A stretch of DNA of 64,000 nucleotides. Source: Octopus vulgaris. Its lineage: Eukaryota. The notes under the pieces are model-generated. The model was not told the origin of the DNA, made no database searches, and worked only from the letters and a program-made list of their open reading frames with translations. Both the position numbers and the translations under genes were made by a program. Where the stretch lies: contig OX597835.1 of the NCBI GenBank assembly GCA_951406725.2, positions 13,640,001 to 13,704,000 of the forward strand, written 5' to 3'. Of this stretch, positions 12,507 through 24,700 are shown in pieces. Within the stretch, counting starts at the first letter, position 1, and every line of letters begins with the position of its first letter.

Positions 12507-13124
12507 ACAGCAGCAACTGTGACTACATATTGGATTGTAATAATGGAATAAAAATGTACTTGAAGCGGAAACAGCTTGGATTTACCTGAACCAAGTATTT
12601 CTACATTCTAGTGCATACCTGCCCGGAATACATTTATGCATACACACACATATATACACATTGTTGCATGGCTGTTGACCTCACTGAGATTCCTTTGACA
12701 GGTGTTGCTTTTCATCCACCAGGCTATCCAGTAAATCACCCTTCCCAACAAGCAAGCTTCACGGGGTTCTCGGTTTAGTTGCTGAGGACATGACCACGCA
12801 ACATGTTGTGATAGGTTACATGTTACTAATAGCACTTAAGAATGCTCTGACCCCCCGCTACACACACACACACCATTACATAATATAGGTTGTTAGGATA
12901 AACCCCGGCTGTTTCCTCTTGAACCACATCTGTTTAATCCATTTTTATGATCGAATATGTGGTCACAGTCACAGCTGTATGGTAATCAAAATCTATATCA
13001 GAGTTGAGAATTATGGAAATAGTATTTGAGAAGCGAAATGGAAAAATGGAATTTTTTTAGTATTATTTATTCTCTGTTACACGTATTTCATTTTTTAATA
13101 GGAATCACAAAGATTTACATATTT

Positions 13125-13330
13125 TATAATAATGTTCGTCCTTCGGGTTCGAAGATGACCACTGACATCATCTGGTGGAACTGCCGCTATGAGACCGGAG
13201 GTGGTTGGTGAGGCCAATCCGGGCAAGGAAGCCCCTCCCACAGGTGGGGCAGAAGTGGGTAGGGGCCGTGCTACTGGTGCAGGCGGCTCTGGCTTTCCGC
13301 ATCTGGCGTTTCTGCTCCTCGGCTGTCCCT
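13125..13330 (-). mobile_element. RTE-clade LINE extreme 3' end
   Basis: The minus frame encodes RQMRKARAACTSSTAPTHFCPTCGRGFLARIGLTNHLRSH, the C-terminal C2H2 motif typical of RTE ORFs, followed by a short 3' UTR. Confidence 0.8.
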
Positions 13331-13609
13331 GTATATTATATAGACAACTAAAGAAATTTCCCCAAGTGTAACAATGTGTGTGTGTGTGTGTGTGTGTTTT
13401 GTATTCTGCCACTAATTGGCAACTGGGGTTCTCCATAACTTAGCAGCTCAGCAGAAGAGACTGATAGAATAAGTACCAGTATCAAGTTGTTTGACTGAAC
13501 CCTTCAAGGTAGTGTCACAGCATGGCCACAGTCCAGTAACTGAAACAAATAAATGATAAAATATACTTTTACATATCAGAACTAAATTGTCCAAAGAATT
13601 CTTCATGTC

Positions 13610-13806
13610 TTAACCATTTAGCATTCAGATTCCTCTGTCAAATGTAATCCTTATTTATTCCCATTGTTTCGAATTAATCCTTTGAGATTTCAATGATCCG
13701 ATAAGTGTGAAAGGGTAAGTGTGAAAGACCAAATATGGCCAATTTGAACATAAGACAGAAGGAACATTTTGGCTTGATACGGTCGGTTTAACTGCTAAAG
13801 GGTTAA
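13610..13806. mobile_element. TTAA-flanked piggyBac-type MITE
   Basis: TTAA|CCATTTAGCA...TGCTAAAGGG|TTAA. Related copies at 28761-28986 and 39003-39221. Confidence 0.7.
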
Positions 13807-14339
13807 GGGCGGAAGAGGAAATTGGTAAACGTGTTGAAGCATCAAATTAAATGCCTTGTAGTTATTTGTCTGAACTCTTTAGGTTCAAGGTTCAAATCCA
13901 GTCAAAATCAACTTTGACATAAAAAAAAAAAGGATGGAAATCAATGAAGCAAGTTGTACCCATCCAGGATGTTGGCCAGGATGATCTGCAATATTCATTC
14001 CAGTTCTAAGCATGTTCAGTTCAAAGTCTACCCTGGACCATCATTACAATGAAGTAACCCCTTCAGGGGTGGGCCAACAAAATTCGAGAACGGAAAAAAA
14101 ATGCTATGGCACCAAACTTAAAAGAGTTTCTATCTTTATTGAGGACAATCTAAGAACGCAACTATGATGATGAGATTTGACGAAAAATGAAGGAATGGGG
14201 TTTTGGCTGTTAATGTTAGCATATCAAATGATCACATAGAGAGGCTGCCTTATTGATTTGTGCAGACTGTGATTGCAAATTTTAGTGGCTCCATAAAACA
14301 ATTTCTGACAAAGCTTTGTGGGTTTTTTGCACAATTAGA

Positions 14340-14462
14340 GCACGTAATATTATAAATACCTGGTTTACTGCACGTAATATTATAAATACCTGGTTTACTG
14401 CATGTAATATTATAAATACCTGGTTTACTGCATGTAATATTATAAATACCTGGTTTACTGCA
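14340..14462. repeat. Minisatellite, 4 x 30 bp
   Basis: Unit GCA(C/T)GTAATATTATAAATACCTGGTTTACT, head to tail with no spacers. Confidence 0.95.
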
Positions 14463-14590
14463 GTCGGCAATTGGAGACAAAGACAGGAAAAAAAGCTTAT
14501 TTCAAAGTATTGAAACTGGTTTTTTTTTGTTTTTTGATTTATTCGTTGTCGCATTTGTTATCTGATTTTCTTTTGTTTTTTTTCTCTCAG

Positions 14591-14680
14591 GTGGAAATTG
14601 CTCGTTGGGTTTCATCTAAACACAACATGGGCATGGCATTTATTCGCCAGATGTGGTTAGATATTAAAAAATGTGGTCTG
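14591..14680 (+). CDS. MGAT2: MGAT2 coding exon, VEIARWVSSKHNMGMAFIRQMWLDIKKCGL
   Basis: Polypyrimidine tract plus ctctcag acceptor, gtaagt donor, 90 nt, phase 0 to 0. Carries the W.S..HNMG motif of MGAT2. Confidence 0.93.
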
Positions 14681-14799
14681 GTAAGTAAATACAATCAATT
14701 GATTTATTGCTTTATTGGGAACTTTGTTGTTCAACTGTGCCACCCCCCCCCACAAAATCCAGGCATTGTACCTATTGTAGAAAGGATTATTATTATTAA

Positions 14800-15668
14800 G
14801 GTGGTGAGCTGGCAGAATCATTAGCATGCCATGGCAAAATGCTTAGCGGTATTTTATCTGTCAGTATGTTCTGAGTTCAAATTCTGCCGAGGTCAACTTT
14901 CGGGGTTGATCCAATAAGTACCAGTTATGTACTAGGGTCGATGTAATCAACTTAAACCCCTCCCCCAAGCTGCCCTTGTGGCAAAGTTATTATTATTATT
15001 TTCAAGGCAGTGAGCTGGCAGAACCATTAGCACACCGGACAAAATACTTATCCATCATTACGTTCTGAGTTCAAATTCCGTCAAGGTCAACTTTGCCTTT
15101 CATCCTTTTGGGATCAATAAAATTAGTACAAGTTGAACACTTGGTGTGGTCGGATGAGGTGTTGATGTATTTGACTCATCTCCAAGCTGCCTTTGTGGCA
15201 AAATTTTATGCCATTATTGCTATTAACCCTTTCATTACTGAATTTATTTTGAGATGCTCTGTGTTTCTTTCAATTACTTAATTCTTTGTTATATTTAAAG
15301 TAAAATAACTTAGTTATCATTAAGCTAGAGTTAGGGACATAAATTGTGACTTAGGTTTGGTGGAAGGTTTTAATGCAGAACTTTTGAAAACCAGACATTT
15401 GTACTAAAGAGCCAGAGCCAGTTTCAGCCGGGTTGGTATCGAAAGGGTTAAGGCAATTAGCAGAGAAACTCGTTAGCACGCTGGACAAAATGCTTTGCAG
15501 TATTTCTTCACGCCCTTTACATTCTGAGTTCAAATTCTGCTGAGGTCGACTTTGCCTTTCATCCTTTTTGATCGATAAATTAAGTACCAGTTGCATACTG
15601 GGGTGGATCTAATTGACCGGTCTCCCCGCTTCCCACAATTTCAGGTTTTATGCCCTATTGTAGAAAGG

Positions 15669-15700
<32 letters not shown>

Positions 15701-15720
15701 GGCAGCATTGTTAGCACCCA
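14800..15720 (+). mobile_element. Cluster of family C SINEs separated by (ATT)n
   Basis: Repeated GGTGAGCTGGCAGAA...GAGTTCAAATTC...GACTTTGCCTTTCATCC...AAGTACCAG units. Confidence 0.75.
15223..15451. mobile_element. TTAA-flanked MITE, second family
   Basis: TTAA|CCCTTTC...GAAAGGG|TTAA. Confidence 0.65.
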
Positions 15721-16949
15721 GACAAAATGCTTAGCAACATTCCTTCTGGCTTTATCTTGTTGAAGATCCTGTAAGGTCATCTTTGCCCTTCATGCTTTCA
15801 GCCAATAAAATAAATGTACCAATTCATTGTGCTTATCAAGGAAACTTTATCGCATCTAAACCCCACCCAGCCACCATCCCAAATATGAAAAGCAAGCAAC
15901 TAGCTGCCATCGATCGGCTCATATATTTGACTTCACTGTCAAAGACGATATCTCTCTTTCCTCAAACGTTCACCCTTCAAAATAACAAACACGACAGTTC
16001 AGAAAACTCCTTTTTTTCTTCTTTTTCCTCTTTCTTCAGATACAGAAAACACTTTAGTACCCTCTCCCCCACATGCACACATAATAACTATTAAAGCACT
16101 AGAATGCCTGGGTGAGGCCCACAATAGGGTACTACTCCCACCACTGGAATGTTGCTACAAGATGGTTGGGGTACGCTCCCCTGCATGCAATATATCAGAT
16201 ACACGCCGCTCCACTGATAACGAGCTAGAGGCGGGGGCCCTTTTGGGGGTAAAAAATAGCAATAATGTTGGTTTGTATGGAACAGCCATGTTGAAGCAGC
16301 AACAAACTTTACTTCTTGGTAGAGTCACTACTTTCATCTCTTATAAAAATGTTCTAACAATAAATGTATTGTCGTTATTATACAAGTGGTTTCCTTTGTG
16401 AAATCCTCTGGGTCCAGTCTTCATATTGCATAGATAAACAAGTCCCAGCTCACTTGAGGCTTGAAACCCTCGTCCTGGCCTGTGAACATCGTTGTTCAGG
16501 GCATGACTGCTGTTGCATGCAGACAGCTTTGAGGAGCCATGGTTGAGAGAGCTGGATGTCAGGTGAGAACCAGGGTGGACAAATTACTCCAAAGGGCACC
16601 AGATGTTTCCCTGTCAGAGGTACCATCCCAACAGGACAGTTTACTGCCACCCTGGTCTTTGGGTGATTTTAGAGGGGTCAACTCTGTTAGCAAACATTCA
16701 CTTGGACAAGGCTTCTCTCCCACCACCACCCAGTTTTTGGAGGCCCTGAAAAGAGTCAAGGGCTTTGGACTGTGCAATAAATATATAAATAAAGACAACC
16801 AGAGTCTCTTCCTCTCTTCCACAGATAGCATCACTGTCGTCCCCACCATCACATAAGCAGTGTTCAAGTTACTGGGGTTGATGCTATCGACTAAATTGCC
16901 TTTCCTTGATATTCCTGGCCTTGTACCTAAATTAGAAACTCTCTTTCTC

Positions 16950-17450
16950 TTTTCTCTCTTTTACTTGTTTCAGTCATTTGACTGCGGCCATGCTGGAGCA
17001 CCGCCTTTAGTCGAACAACTCGACCCCGGGACTTATTTTTTTGTAAGCCCAGTACTTATTCTATCGGTCTCTTTTGCCGAACCGCTAAGTAACGGGGACA
17101 TAAGCACACCAGCATCGGTTGTCAAGCAATGCTAGGGGGACAAAGACAGACACACAAACATACACGCACACACATATATATATAAAGTTAATCCAAACAA
17201 GAAAACACAGAAAAAAAGAGAAAAAAACACAGCAACGCGAGGACGTGGAACAATTAAAGTATTATTGACGCTCAGGAAAGAAGGGAAGGAGGGTTTAACG
17301 TTTCGAGCGGAGCTCTTCGTCGGAAACAAGGAGAAGGAAAGATCCCAAGAAGGGAAGACAGAGGAAAAAATATATATATATATATATATAAATCCATATA
17401 TACGACGGGTTTCTTTCAGTTTCCGTCTACCAAATCCACTCACAAGGCTT
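16950..17450 (-). mobile_element. Family A SINE interrupted at its TA tract by a hammerhead-bearing insert (about 17183-17370)
   Basis: SINE 3' part at 16950-17180 and continuation at 17395-17450, with an unrelated insert between (TA)n runs. Confidence 0.75.
17293..17327 (-). ncRNA. Minimal hammerhead-like motif (U4C variant)
   Basis: GTTT-CCGACGA-A-GAGC-TCC-GCTC-GAAA-CG-TT-AAAC. Stems I and II are perfect and stem III is the palindrome AACGTT. Confidence 0.55.
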
Positions 17451-17644
17451 ATTATTGATCTTGCTAACGAGAATCAAGTTATGATACATAGCAACGAAAT
17501 TTGCAAAGACTAATGAAAGACGACAGGGAAAACACTTAAGACATTGATCTGCTAATTGTTATCGATAAACTGTTGCATTGTCCACATTCGTATATGTTTA
17601 AACGAGTTATTTGGTTCACTGTCATGCTTTCAATCGAAGTCTAT

Positions 17645-17880
17645 CTATTTCTTTACTACTCACAAGGGCTAAACAGAGAGAGGACAAACAAGGACAGACA
17701 GACGGATTAAGTCGATTATATCGACCCCCAGTGCGTCACTGGTACTTATTTAATCGACCCCGAAAGGATGAAAGGCAAAGTCGACCTCGGCGGAATTTGA
17801 ACTCAGAATGTTAAGACAGGCGAAATACTGCTAAACATTTCGCCCGGCATGCTAACGTTTCTACCAGCTTGCCACCTTAA
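17645..17880 (-). mobile_element. Family C SINE
   Basis: Reverse complement of the element at 48230-48465. Confidence 0.8.
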
Positions 17881-18155
17881 TCGAAGTCTATCTATCCCTG
17901 CCTTTCTCTCTCCTTTCCTCCTCCTCCTCCTCATATACAAATATTTGTCGTCTCCGCCATCGCCACCACTGTCATCATCATCGTTGTCAACTTCTTTCCC
18001 GATGCATTTGCAAATATACATACAAAAAAATAAAAAATGAATTACGTTACCTTGAAACTTAGGAATACTTACGTGAGTGTCCCCCTCTGGTTTTGTTTCC
18101 TCATAACTTTCAGAAAAAATGAATATTTTTTTTAATGAAACTTTCTACAAATACC

Positions 18156-18562
18156 GGATCTTTTCGGTTTGAACGGCAGTTTTTAAAAATAATTTCCACG
18201 TAACTAAACACTTTTAAACTTCGTATACTGGTAGAATGTGTTTATAAAACATCTTTTTCTCTTGGCTTTATTGAGAAAATTCTATAGTTTGTAAGATATT
18301 TGTTGTTTTTCTTCAATTTCTGCAATTTCAACCAATCAATGACATCCATTGATGTAAAAAAAAAAAATATTCTGTGCCATATGAATATGTCCCTCGTTTA
18401 AGAAACAGATTGGGTTTATTTACATTTGTGAAGAAAAAAGATACCCTTCCCCCACCCCTAACCCAGATTGAAATGCAATAGATCGATACTAGGGTCATAA
18501 TTATGGGTGACAATTTCATATGACACCGCTAGAAAAAACTGCCGTTCAAACCGAAAAGATCC
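18156..18562. mobile_element. MITE with 29-bp perfect TIRs and 8-bp TSD
   Basis: TIR GGATCTTTTCGGTTTGAACGGCAGTTTTT. TSD CAAATACC at 18148-18155 and 18563-18570. Confidence 0.92.
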
Positions 18563-18603
18563 CAAATACCTTTCAGATGATATAGATTACGATTATATCG
18601 GAA

Positions 18604-19116
18604 TCTATATATATAAAACTGTAGTTGTGTGAGTGTCTGTCCCCTTCGATTTAGATTCCTAACTACTCCCACATTTTGCGGTGCAGTTTAACCAAATTCG
18701 GGTATCTTATAGTCGTGATTAATATCGAGCCCGTTTGGCTATTAGCGCGCGTCTACGATGAGTCTACGATTTTTAAAATAATTTAACATCACTTTTTATT
18801 CCATTTTAATGCATAATTTTTCGTGTGTCGATGGCGGCAGAGTTGGCGTCCATGGTCACACCTGCACCTGTTTGCTTCTCCCCCTTCTTCCCTCCCTCGT
18901 GAAGCTGTGGGGAAGGGAGTGTAAGGAAATCAACGTCGTAAAGCGTTGTCAAGGAGACCAGCGTTCTTTTAGAACAACGACTTCATGGCTTGAAGTCGCC
19001 AAAACAGAAATGGCTAAGAAAGCCCGAATTGGCATCTATAAGGGAAGTAACTCTCTAAAAATGCTTATATAGTTATTTCCCTTACAAAACCGAGCAACGC
19101 CGGGCGATACTGCTAG
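18604..19116 (+). mobile_element. Non-autonomous Helitron
   Basis: 5' TC, subterminal hairpin CCG-AGCAACGC-CGG, 3' CTAG, inserted between A and T with no TSD. Confidence 0.85.
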
Positions 19117-19706
19117 TTAAATATATATTAAAAAAAAAAAAGTAATCGATGACACACGTCACAAAATGAAACTTGGAATTTTGAAAAACAATGTGATGTG
19201 TATAGGATTTGCACACACCCATCAATTTTTTTTCTCTTTTCCTGGCATTAATTCCGATATAATTATGATTTACACAATCTGAAAGATATTTGTAGAAAAT
19301 TGCATTAAAGACTGTTGATTATTTTGAAAGTTATAAGGAAACAAAAGTCGGCGTGGTTGGGCACGCTTGTACAGTTTGGCCCGAGACAGTGTAGTAAAGG
19401 GAGGTAATTAGATATTTGCGGTAAGGGGGAATAACCCTAATCTGATTATCTCAAATTAATAAGTTGACGAAACCCCCGATCTGTATGTTTGTCTTTCGTC
19501 TGATACTGGTTTAGGCCAGAGGCCGAGGCCATGCTGGAGCACTGCCTTTGAGTGTGCTTGGGTTTCCTCTCTGTACTGTTTCTGGAGAAGGAGCAAGTTG
19601 GACGGAGATGCTCTTCTTCGTTGTGCCTCTTGCCACGGCGTGGAATATTTCCTGGATTATTACGGTTACCAGCTGGCAGACTCGTTGGCACACCGGGCAA
19701 AACCAT

Positions 19707-20105
19707 TACTCTTTTACTCTTTTACTTGTTTCAGTCATTTGACTGCGGCCATGCTGGAGCACCGCCTTTAGTCGAGCAAATCGACCCCTGGACTTATTCT
19801 TTTTGTAAGCCCAGTACTTATTCTATCGGTCTGTTTTGCCGAACCGCTAAGTGACGGGGACGTAAACACACCAGCATCGGTTATCAAGCAATGCTAGGGG
19901 GACAAACACAGACACACAAACATACACACGCATACATATATATACATATATACGACAGGCTTCTTTCAGTTTCTGTCTACCAAATCCACTCACAAGGCTT
20001 GGTTGGCCCGGGGCTATAGCAGAAGACACTTGCCCAAGATGCCACGCAGTGGGACTGAACCCGGAACCATGTGGTTGGTAGACAAGCTACTTACCACACA
20101 GCCAT
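19707..20105 (-). mobile_element. Near full-length family A SINE
   Basis: Head, internal (CA/TA)n tract and tail are all present. Confidence 0.85.
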
Positions 20106-21090
20106 GCGGCATTTCGTTCTTCTTTACATTCTGAGTTCAAATTCTGCTGAGGTCGACTTTGCCTTTCATCCTTTCAGGGTTGATAAAATAAATACCAGTT
20201 GTGTACTGGGGGTCGGTGTAATCAATTCAACCCCTCACTCGAAATTGTTGACCTTGTGGCAAGATCTGAAGCCATTAAAGCTGGCAGAAACGTTAGCAAG
20301 CCGGGCTAAATGCTTGGCGGTATTTCACCCGTCGCTACATTCTGAGTTCAAATTCCGCCGAGGTCGATTTTGCCTTTCATCCTTTTGGGGTCGATAAATT
20401 AAGCACCAGTTACGCCTTGGTGTCGATGTAATCAACTTAATACCTATGTCTGTCCTTGTTTGTCCTCTCTATGTTTAGCCCCTTGTGGGTAGTAAAGAAA
20501 TAGGTATTTCACCCGTCGCTACGTTCTGAGTTCAAATTCCGCTGAGGTCGATTTTGCCTTTCATCCTTTTGGGGTCGATAAACTAAGCACCAGTTACGCA
20601 CTGGGGTCGATGTAATCGACTTAATACCTATGTCTGTCCTTGTTTGTCCCCTCTACGTTTAGCCCCTTGTGGGTAGTAAAGAAATAGGTATTTCACCCGT
20701 CGCTACGTTCTGAGTTCAAATTCCGCTGAGGTCGACTTTGCCTTTCATCATCTCAGGGTCGATAAATTAAGTACCAGTTGCATACTGGGGTCGATCTAAT
20801 CGACACATCCTCTCTGCCCTTGTGGCAAAATTTGAAACCATTATAATTATTATTACTATTATTATTAGTGGTAGTAGTATTAAGGTGGTGAACTGACAGA
20901 ACCATTAGCAAGCTGGGTAAAATGCTTAGCGGTATTTCGTCCGTCTTTACATTTCTGCGTTCAAATTCCAGTGTAGTCGACTTTACTTTTCATCCTTTCA
21001 GGGTCAATAAAATAAGTACCAGTTAAGCACTGAGGTCGATGTAATCGACTTAAACTTCCCACCCACACACAGACACATAAAACTGCCGGC
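20105..21090 (+). mobile_element. Tandem array of family C SINEs (about 180-bp units)
   Basis: GGTATTTCACCCGTCGCTAC..TTCTGAGTTCAAATTCCG recurs near 20320, 20502 and 20687. Confidence 0.85.
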
Positions 21091-23044
21091 CTGGGTACAT
21101 GTATTGGATTTATGGAGTACTTATTACACTTTGAGGATTTTGTATTCCACCGCTTGCCCTGTTGATTGGTTGGTAGATTGTTGATATCACTGGTATTCTT
21201 CATGAGTACCCTGTTAGCCAGATGTGATGGGGGAGTGCTTCCAAGTTAATTACCATGATCATTACAGTCCAAACTACTTTGGGCTGTGTGGTAAGAAGCT
21301 TGCTTCCCAACCACATGGTTCTGGGTTCAGTCCCACTGCATGGCACCTTGGGCAAGTGTCTTCTACTATAGATTTTATGCGAATGGTATCGATATTTTCT
21401 TGTTAATTCTTTTTGGTTGAGTTCCTTCATTTCTTCTTTATGGACATTTTCTAGAAAGATATTAAATTTTATAATATAAATCATCATCATTCTTTTGACA
21501 TGCTTGCATGGGTCAGACAGAATTTATATATGTATGTGTGTGTGTGTGTGTATATGTTTGTATGTATATGTATGTTTGTGTGTATATGTTTGTATATGTA
21601 TGTGTGTGTATATGTTTGTGTGTCTGTGTTTGTTCCCACAACATCGCTTGACAACTGATGCTGGTGTGCTTACGTCCCCGTAACTTAGCAGTTCGGCAAA
21701 AAAAGACCGGTAGAATAAGTACTAGGCTTCCAAAGAATAAATCCTGGGGTTGAATTGCTCGACTTAAAGGCGGTGCTCCAGCATGGTCGCAGTCAAATGA
21801 CTGAAACAAGTAAAAGCGAGAGAGAGAGAGAGAGGGAGGAAGTTATATGTAATGTGTGTAGTTTTATTTATCTTTTGGTGGAAAGATTTATCAAAGATAA
21901 CAGCTGCAGTTTTGTTTATTCGCAAACATTAATTTGATCTCCAGTTTGGTTTATACCCTTTGGTAACAGCACAGCACACGGTTGAATCTTTACTGATAGT
22001 CGAACAGCTATTCTGATGGGTCGTTAATAGATAATGTAATTATCTTCAGGTGGCGGTGGTGTTGATTTTTAAATAGAACAGTGGTGATTAATCAATACTG
22101 TTCACCAATTAAATAAATTCAGAAATTAAAATTAGACAATGTTAAAACATTTTTTGACGATGTCTGAAATGGAATTCCATTGTTGCAAAGACTTGTGCTG
22201 AGATTGAAGAGGAAATCTAATGTGTTGCCACTTAGACTTCCCAAACACTTTATGGTTTCAAAAGAGGTTTTAAGAGTGCTGCTCCATATTGGTTTTTAAA
22301 GAAAAAATCATGGTTTAAATTTGTATAAACATGTCTCAAGTTCTGACTCAAAATCTCACATGATTTCTTAATGGTCATGGTTGTGTATACCTTAGTTTTG
22401 GGACTATGATATTATCTATTACTTGTTTCTGTCATTAGATTGTGGCAGTGCTTTGAAGAATTTTTTAGTGCCTTTTCTATTTTTTAAGCCTGGTACTCGT
22501 GCTATTGGTCTCTTTTGCTGAACTGCTAAGTTACGGGGGCGTAAACACACCAACACTGGTTGTCAAGTAATGGTAGACATACACGACAGGCTTCTCTCAG
22601 TTTCCATCTACCATATCAACTCACAAAGCTTTGGTTGGCCTGAGGCTCAAGTAGATGTTTGTCCAAAATACCATGCAATGGGACTGAACTCAGAACTATG
22701 TTTTTGGGAAGTAAACTTCTTACCACACAGCCATGCCAACACCAATTATGTGAATTTCTTTTCTCAAGATCTATTGCAGAGCTTCGATAGTCCACTTGCC
22801 CATGATATCATGGAATGGGGCTGAACCAGAAACCTTGTGGTCGGGAGCAAACTTTTTTTACCACACATCCACACCTCTGCACAAATATACACACACATGT
22901 ATGTTTGTGTGCGTCTATTTGCCCAGTACTTGACCACTGGTGTTGGTTTGTTTACACCCATGTAACTTAACAGTTCAAGCAAAAGTGACCAATACAATAA
23001 GTACCAGGTTTAAGTAAGTCCTGGAGTTGATTTGTTCAACTATA

Positions 23045-23280
23045 CCTATTTCTTTATTACCCACAAGGGGCTAAACATAGAAGGGACAAACAAGGACAGA
23101 CATAGGTATTAAGTCGATAACATCGACCCCAGTGCGTAACTGGTACTTAATTTATCAACCCCGAAAGGATGAAAGGTAAAGTCGACCTCAGTGGAATTTG
23201 AACTCACAACGTAACGGCAGATGAAATACCGCTAAGCATTTCGCCCGGCGTGCTAACAATTCTGCCAGCTCGCCGCCTTA
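23045..23280 (-). mobile_element. Family C SINE nested in a family A SINE
   Basis: Full C element flanked by a duplicated ATTTGTTCAACTATACC target-like sequence. Confidence 0.8.
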
Positions 23281-23449
23281 AATTTGTTCAACTATACCGT
23301 TGAAGGTGGTGCCCCGGTATGGCCCCAAGTCCAGTGACTGAAACAAGTAAAAGATAGTGTTTCACAAACTTTTCTTTTTTAAGGATTGTACTGAGTGAAG
23401 GTTTAAATAATTTTCAGGGATAGTAATTGGAAGAATTTTCTCTTTACAG

Positions 23450-23574
23450 GAATTCTGCAACTTCGATGATTACAATTGGGATTGGACTTTGCAGCATTTG
23501 AGTATGAAGTGTATCCCTGGTACTGTGAAGGTGATGAAAATGAAGGCCACTCGTGTATTTCATATGGGAACATG
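23450..23574 (+). CDS. MGAT2: MGAT2 coding exon, EFCNFDDYNWDWTLQHLSMKCIPGTVKVMKMKATRVFHMGT(C)
   Basis: Acceptor tctttacag, donor gtgagt, phase 0 to 2. Carries the diagnostic FC..DDYNWDWTL motif. Confidence 0.96.
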
Positions 23575-23854
23575 GTGAGTAGCAACGCCTTTTCTACGGT
23601 TCCTGCTATCAGAAAATATACATGTATTTATATGTGCATGCGTGTGTGTGTATATATAATAATAATATTGGGGAGTATGGCTCCAAACTTACAGGGAAAA
23701 ATTAGATTTAGTATTAAATCAAATTTCACAGTATTTATTTATATTATTTGTTATTTATGTATTGGTTTATGTCTATCACTGTTTGAATTTGCATAATAGT
23801 GGTTTTATCTCTAATTCATATTATATATATATATATACAAAGTATAGGGTTAGG

Positions 23855-24318
23855 GTTCACATCCCTACTTCTCAACATAGTCACCGTTTCTCTCAATAGC
23901 AATGGTCCACCTTCGAATGAGAGCATGTATCCCTGCCTCATAAAAATTGACTGCTCTTTGAGCCACTTCTTCACTACAGTTTTCACTTCCTCATCACTAG
24001 AATAATTTAGTGCCTTCAGACTAGCATCTCTTTGGCACCATAAAAGAGGGTTTGAGAAGCAAACATTATTCCAGTGACGAGGAAGTGAAAACTGTAGTGA
24101 AGAAGTGGCTCAAAAAACAGTCAACGGAATTTTACAAGGCAGGGATAGATGCTCTCATTCGAAGGTCAAACATTGCTATTGAGAGAAACGGTGACTATGT
24201 TGAGAAGTAGGGATATGATCCACAGAGGACCAGCTTCATTTTGATGTATGATACATGTTCCTGTGTTGGTAATACCTGTCCTAAACAAAATGCCATTACT
24301 TTTTGACTCACCCTCGTA
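23855..24318 (+). mobile_element. Mariner transposon 3' remnant with an inverted partial copy
   Basis: 24033-24210 encodes GTIKEGLRSKHYSSDEEVKTVVKKWL...FYKAGIDALIRR...NGDYVEK*. A TIR-like end ...TTACTTTTTGACTCACCCTCG|TA follows. 23860-24006 is the reverse complement of part of it. Confidence 0.85.
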
Positions 24319-24662
24319 TATATATATAAGTTTCTTCTCCATTTTGCTTATATACATCACACAACATTCTGACACATGGACACACTTCTATCACCATCTT
24401 CTTGTCCCTCCAAATGTCACATCTAATTTCTTTTTTATTCTCTCACTCAGTGCAAAAATGAAAATTATTTTCTTGTTTATGTTTATTGATTTCTTCAATT
24501 TTTCCTCACCTTTTTAACAGCGTCTACACCCATACCCTTGCACACAATATGGCTACACCTACACACCAACCTCCCACTACTCCTCCACATTTGCACTTTC
24601 AACATACATTCTCCTCTCTTCTTCGCTCCCCTTCCCATATAAACCACATTCTTTTTCTACCT

Positions 24663-24700
24663 CTCTACTGAAGAAGGACTAACGTCCGAAATGTCAAGAG
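24663..24700 (+). ncRNA. Minimal hammerhead-like motif
   Basis: CTCTA-CTGAAGA-A-GGAC-TAAC-GTCC-GAAA-TG-TC-AAGAG, with a GUC site at 24693-24695. Confidence 0.6.

Larger units (their letters stand above)
18060..19375. mobile_element. Old MITE with long imperfect inverted ends, hosting two nested insertions
   Basis: TTTTGTTTCCTCATAACTTTCA...CTACAAATA..TTTCAGAT...ATTATATCGGAAT is mirrored at 19250-19350. Confidence 0.65.

Noticed and set aside
14340-14462. CRISPR-like array of 30-bp repeats
   Set aside because: The units are contiguous with no spacers, there are no cas genes and the context is a eukaryotic intron. It is a minisatellite.
16100-16870. GC-richer block with several overlapping ORFs in an MGAT2 intron
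   Set aside because: No recognisable domain or splice structure. It is probably an unclassified retroelement segment.
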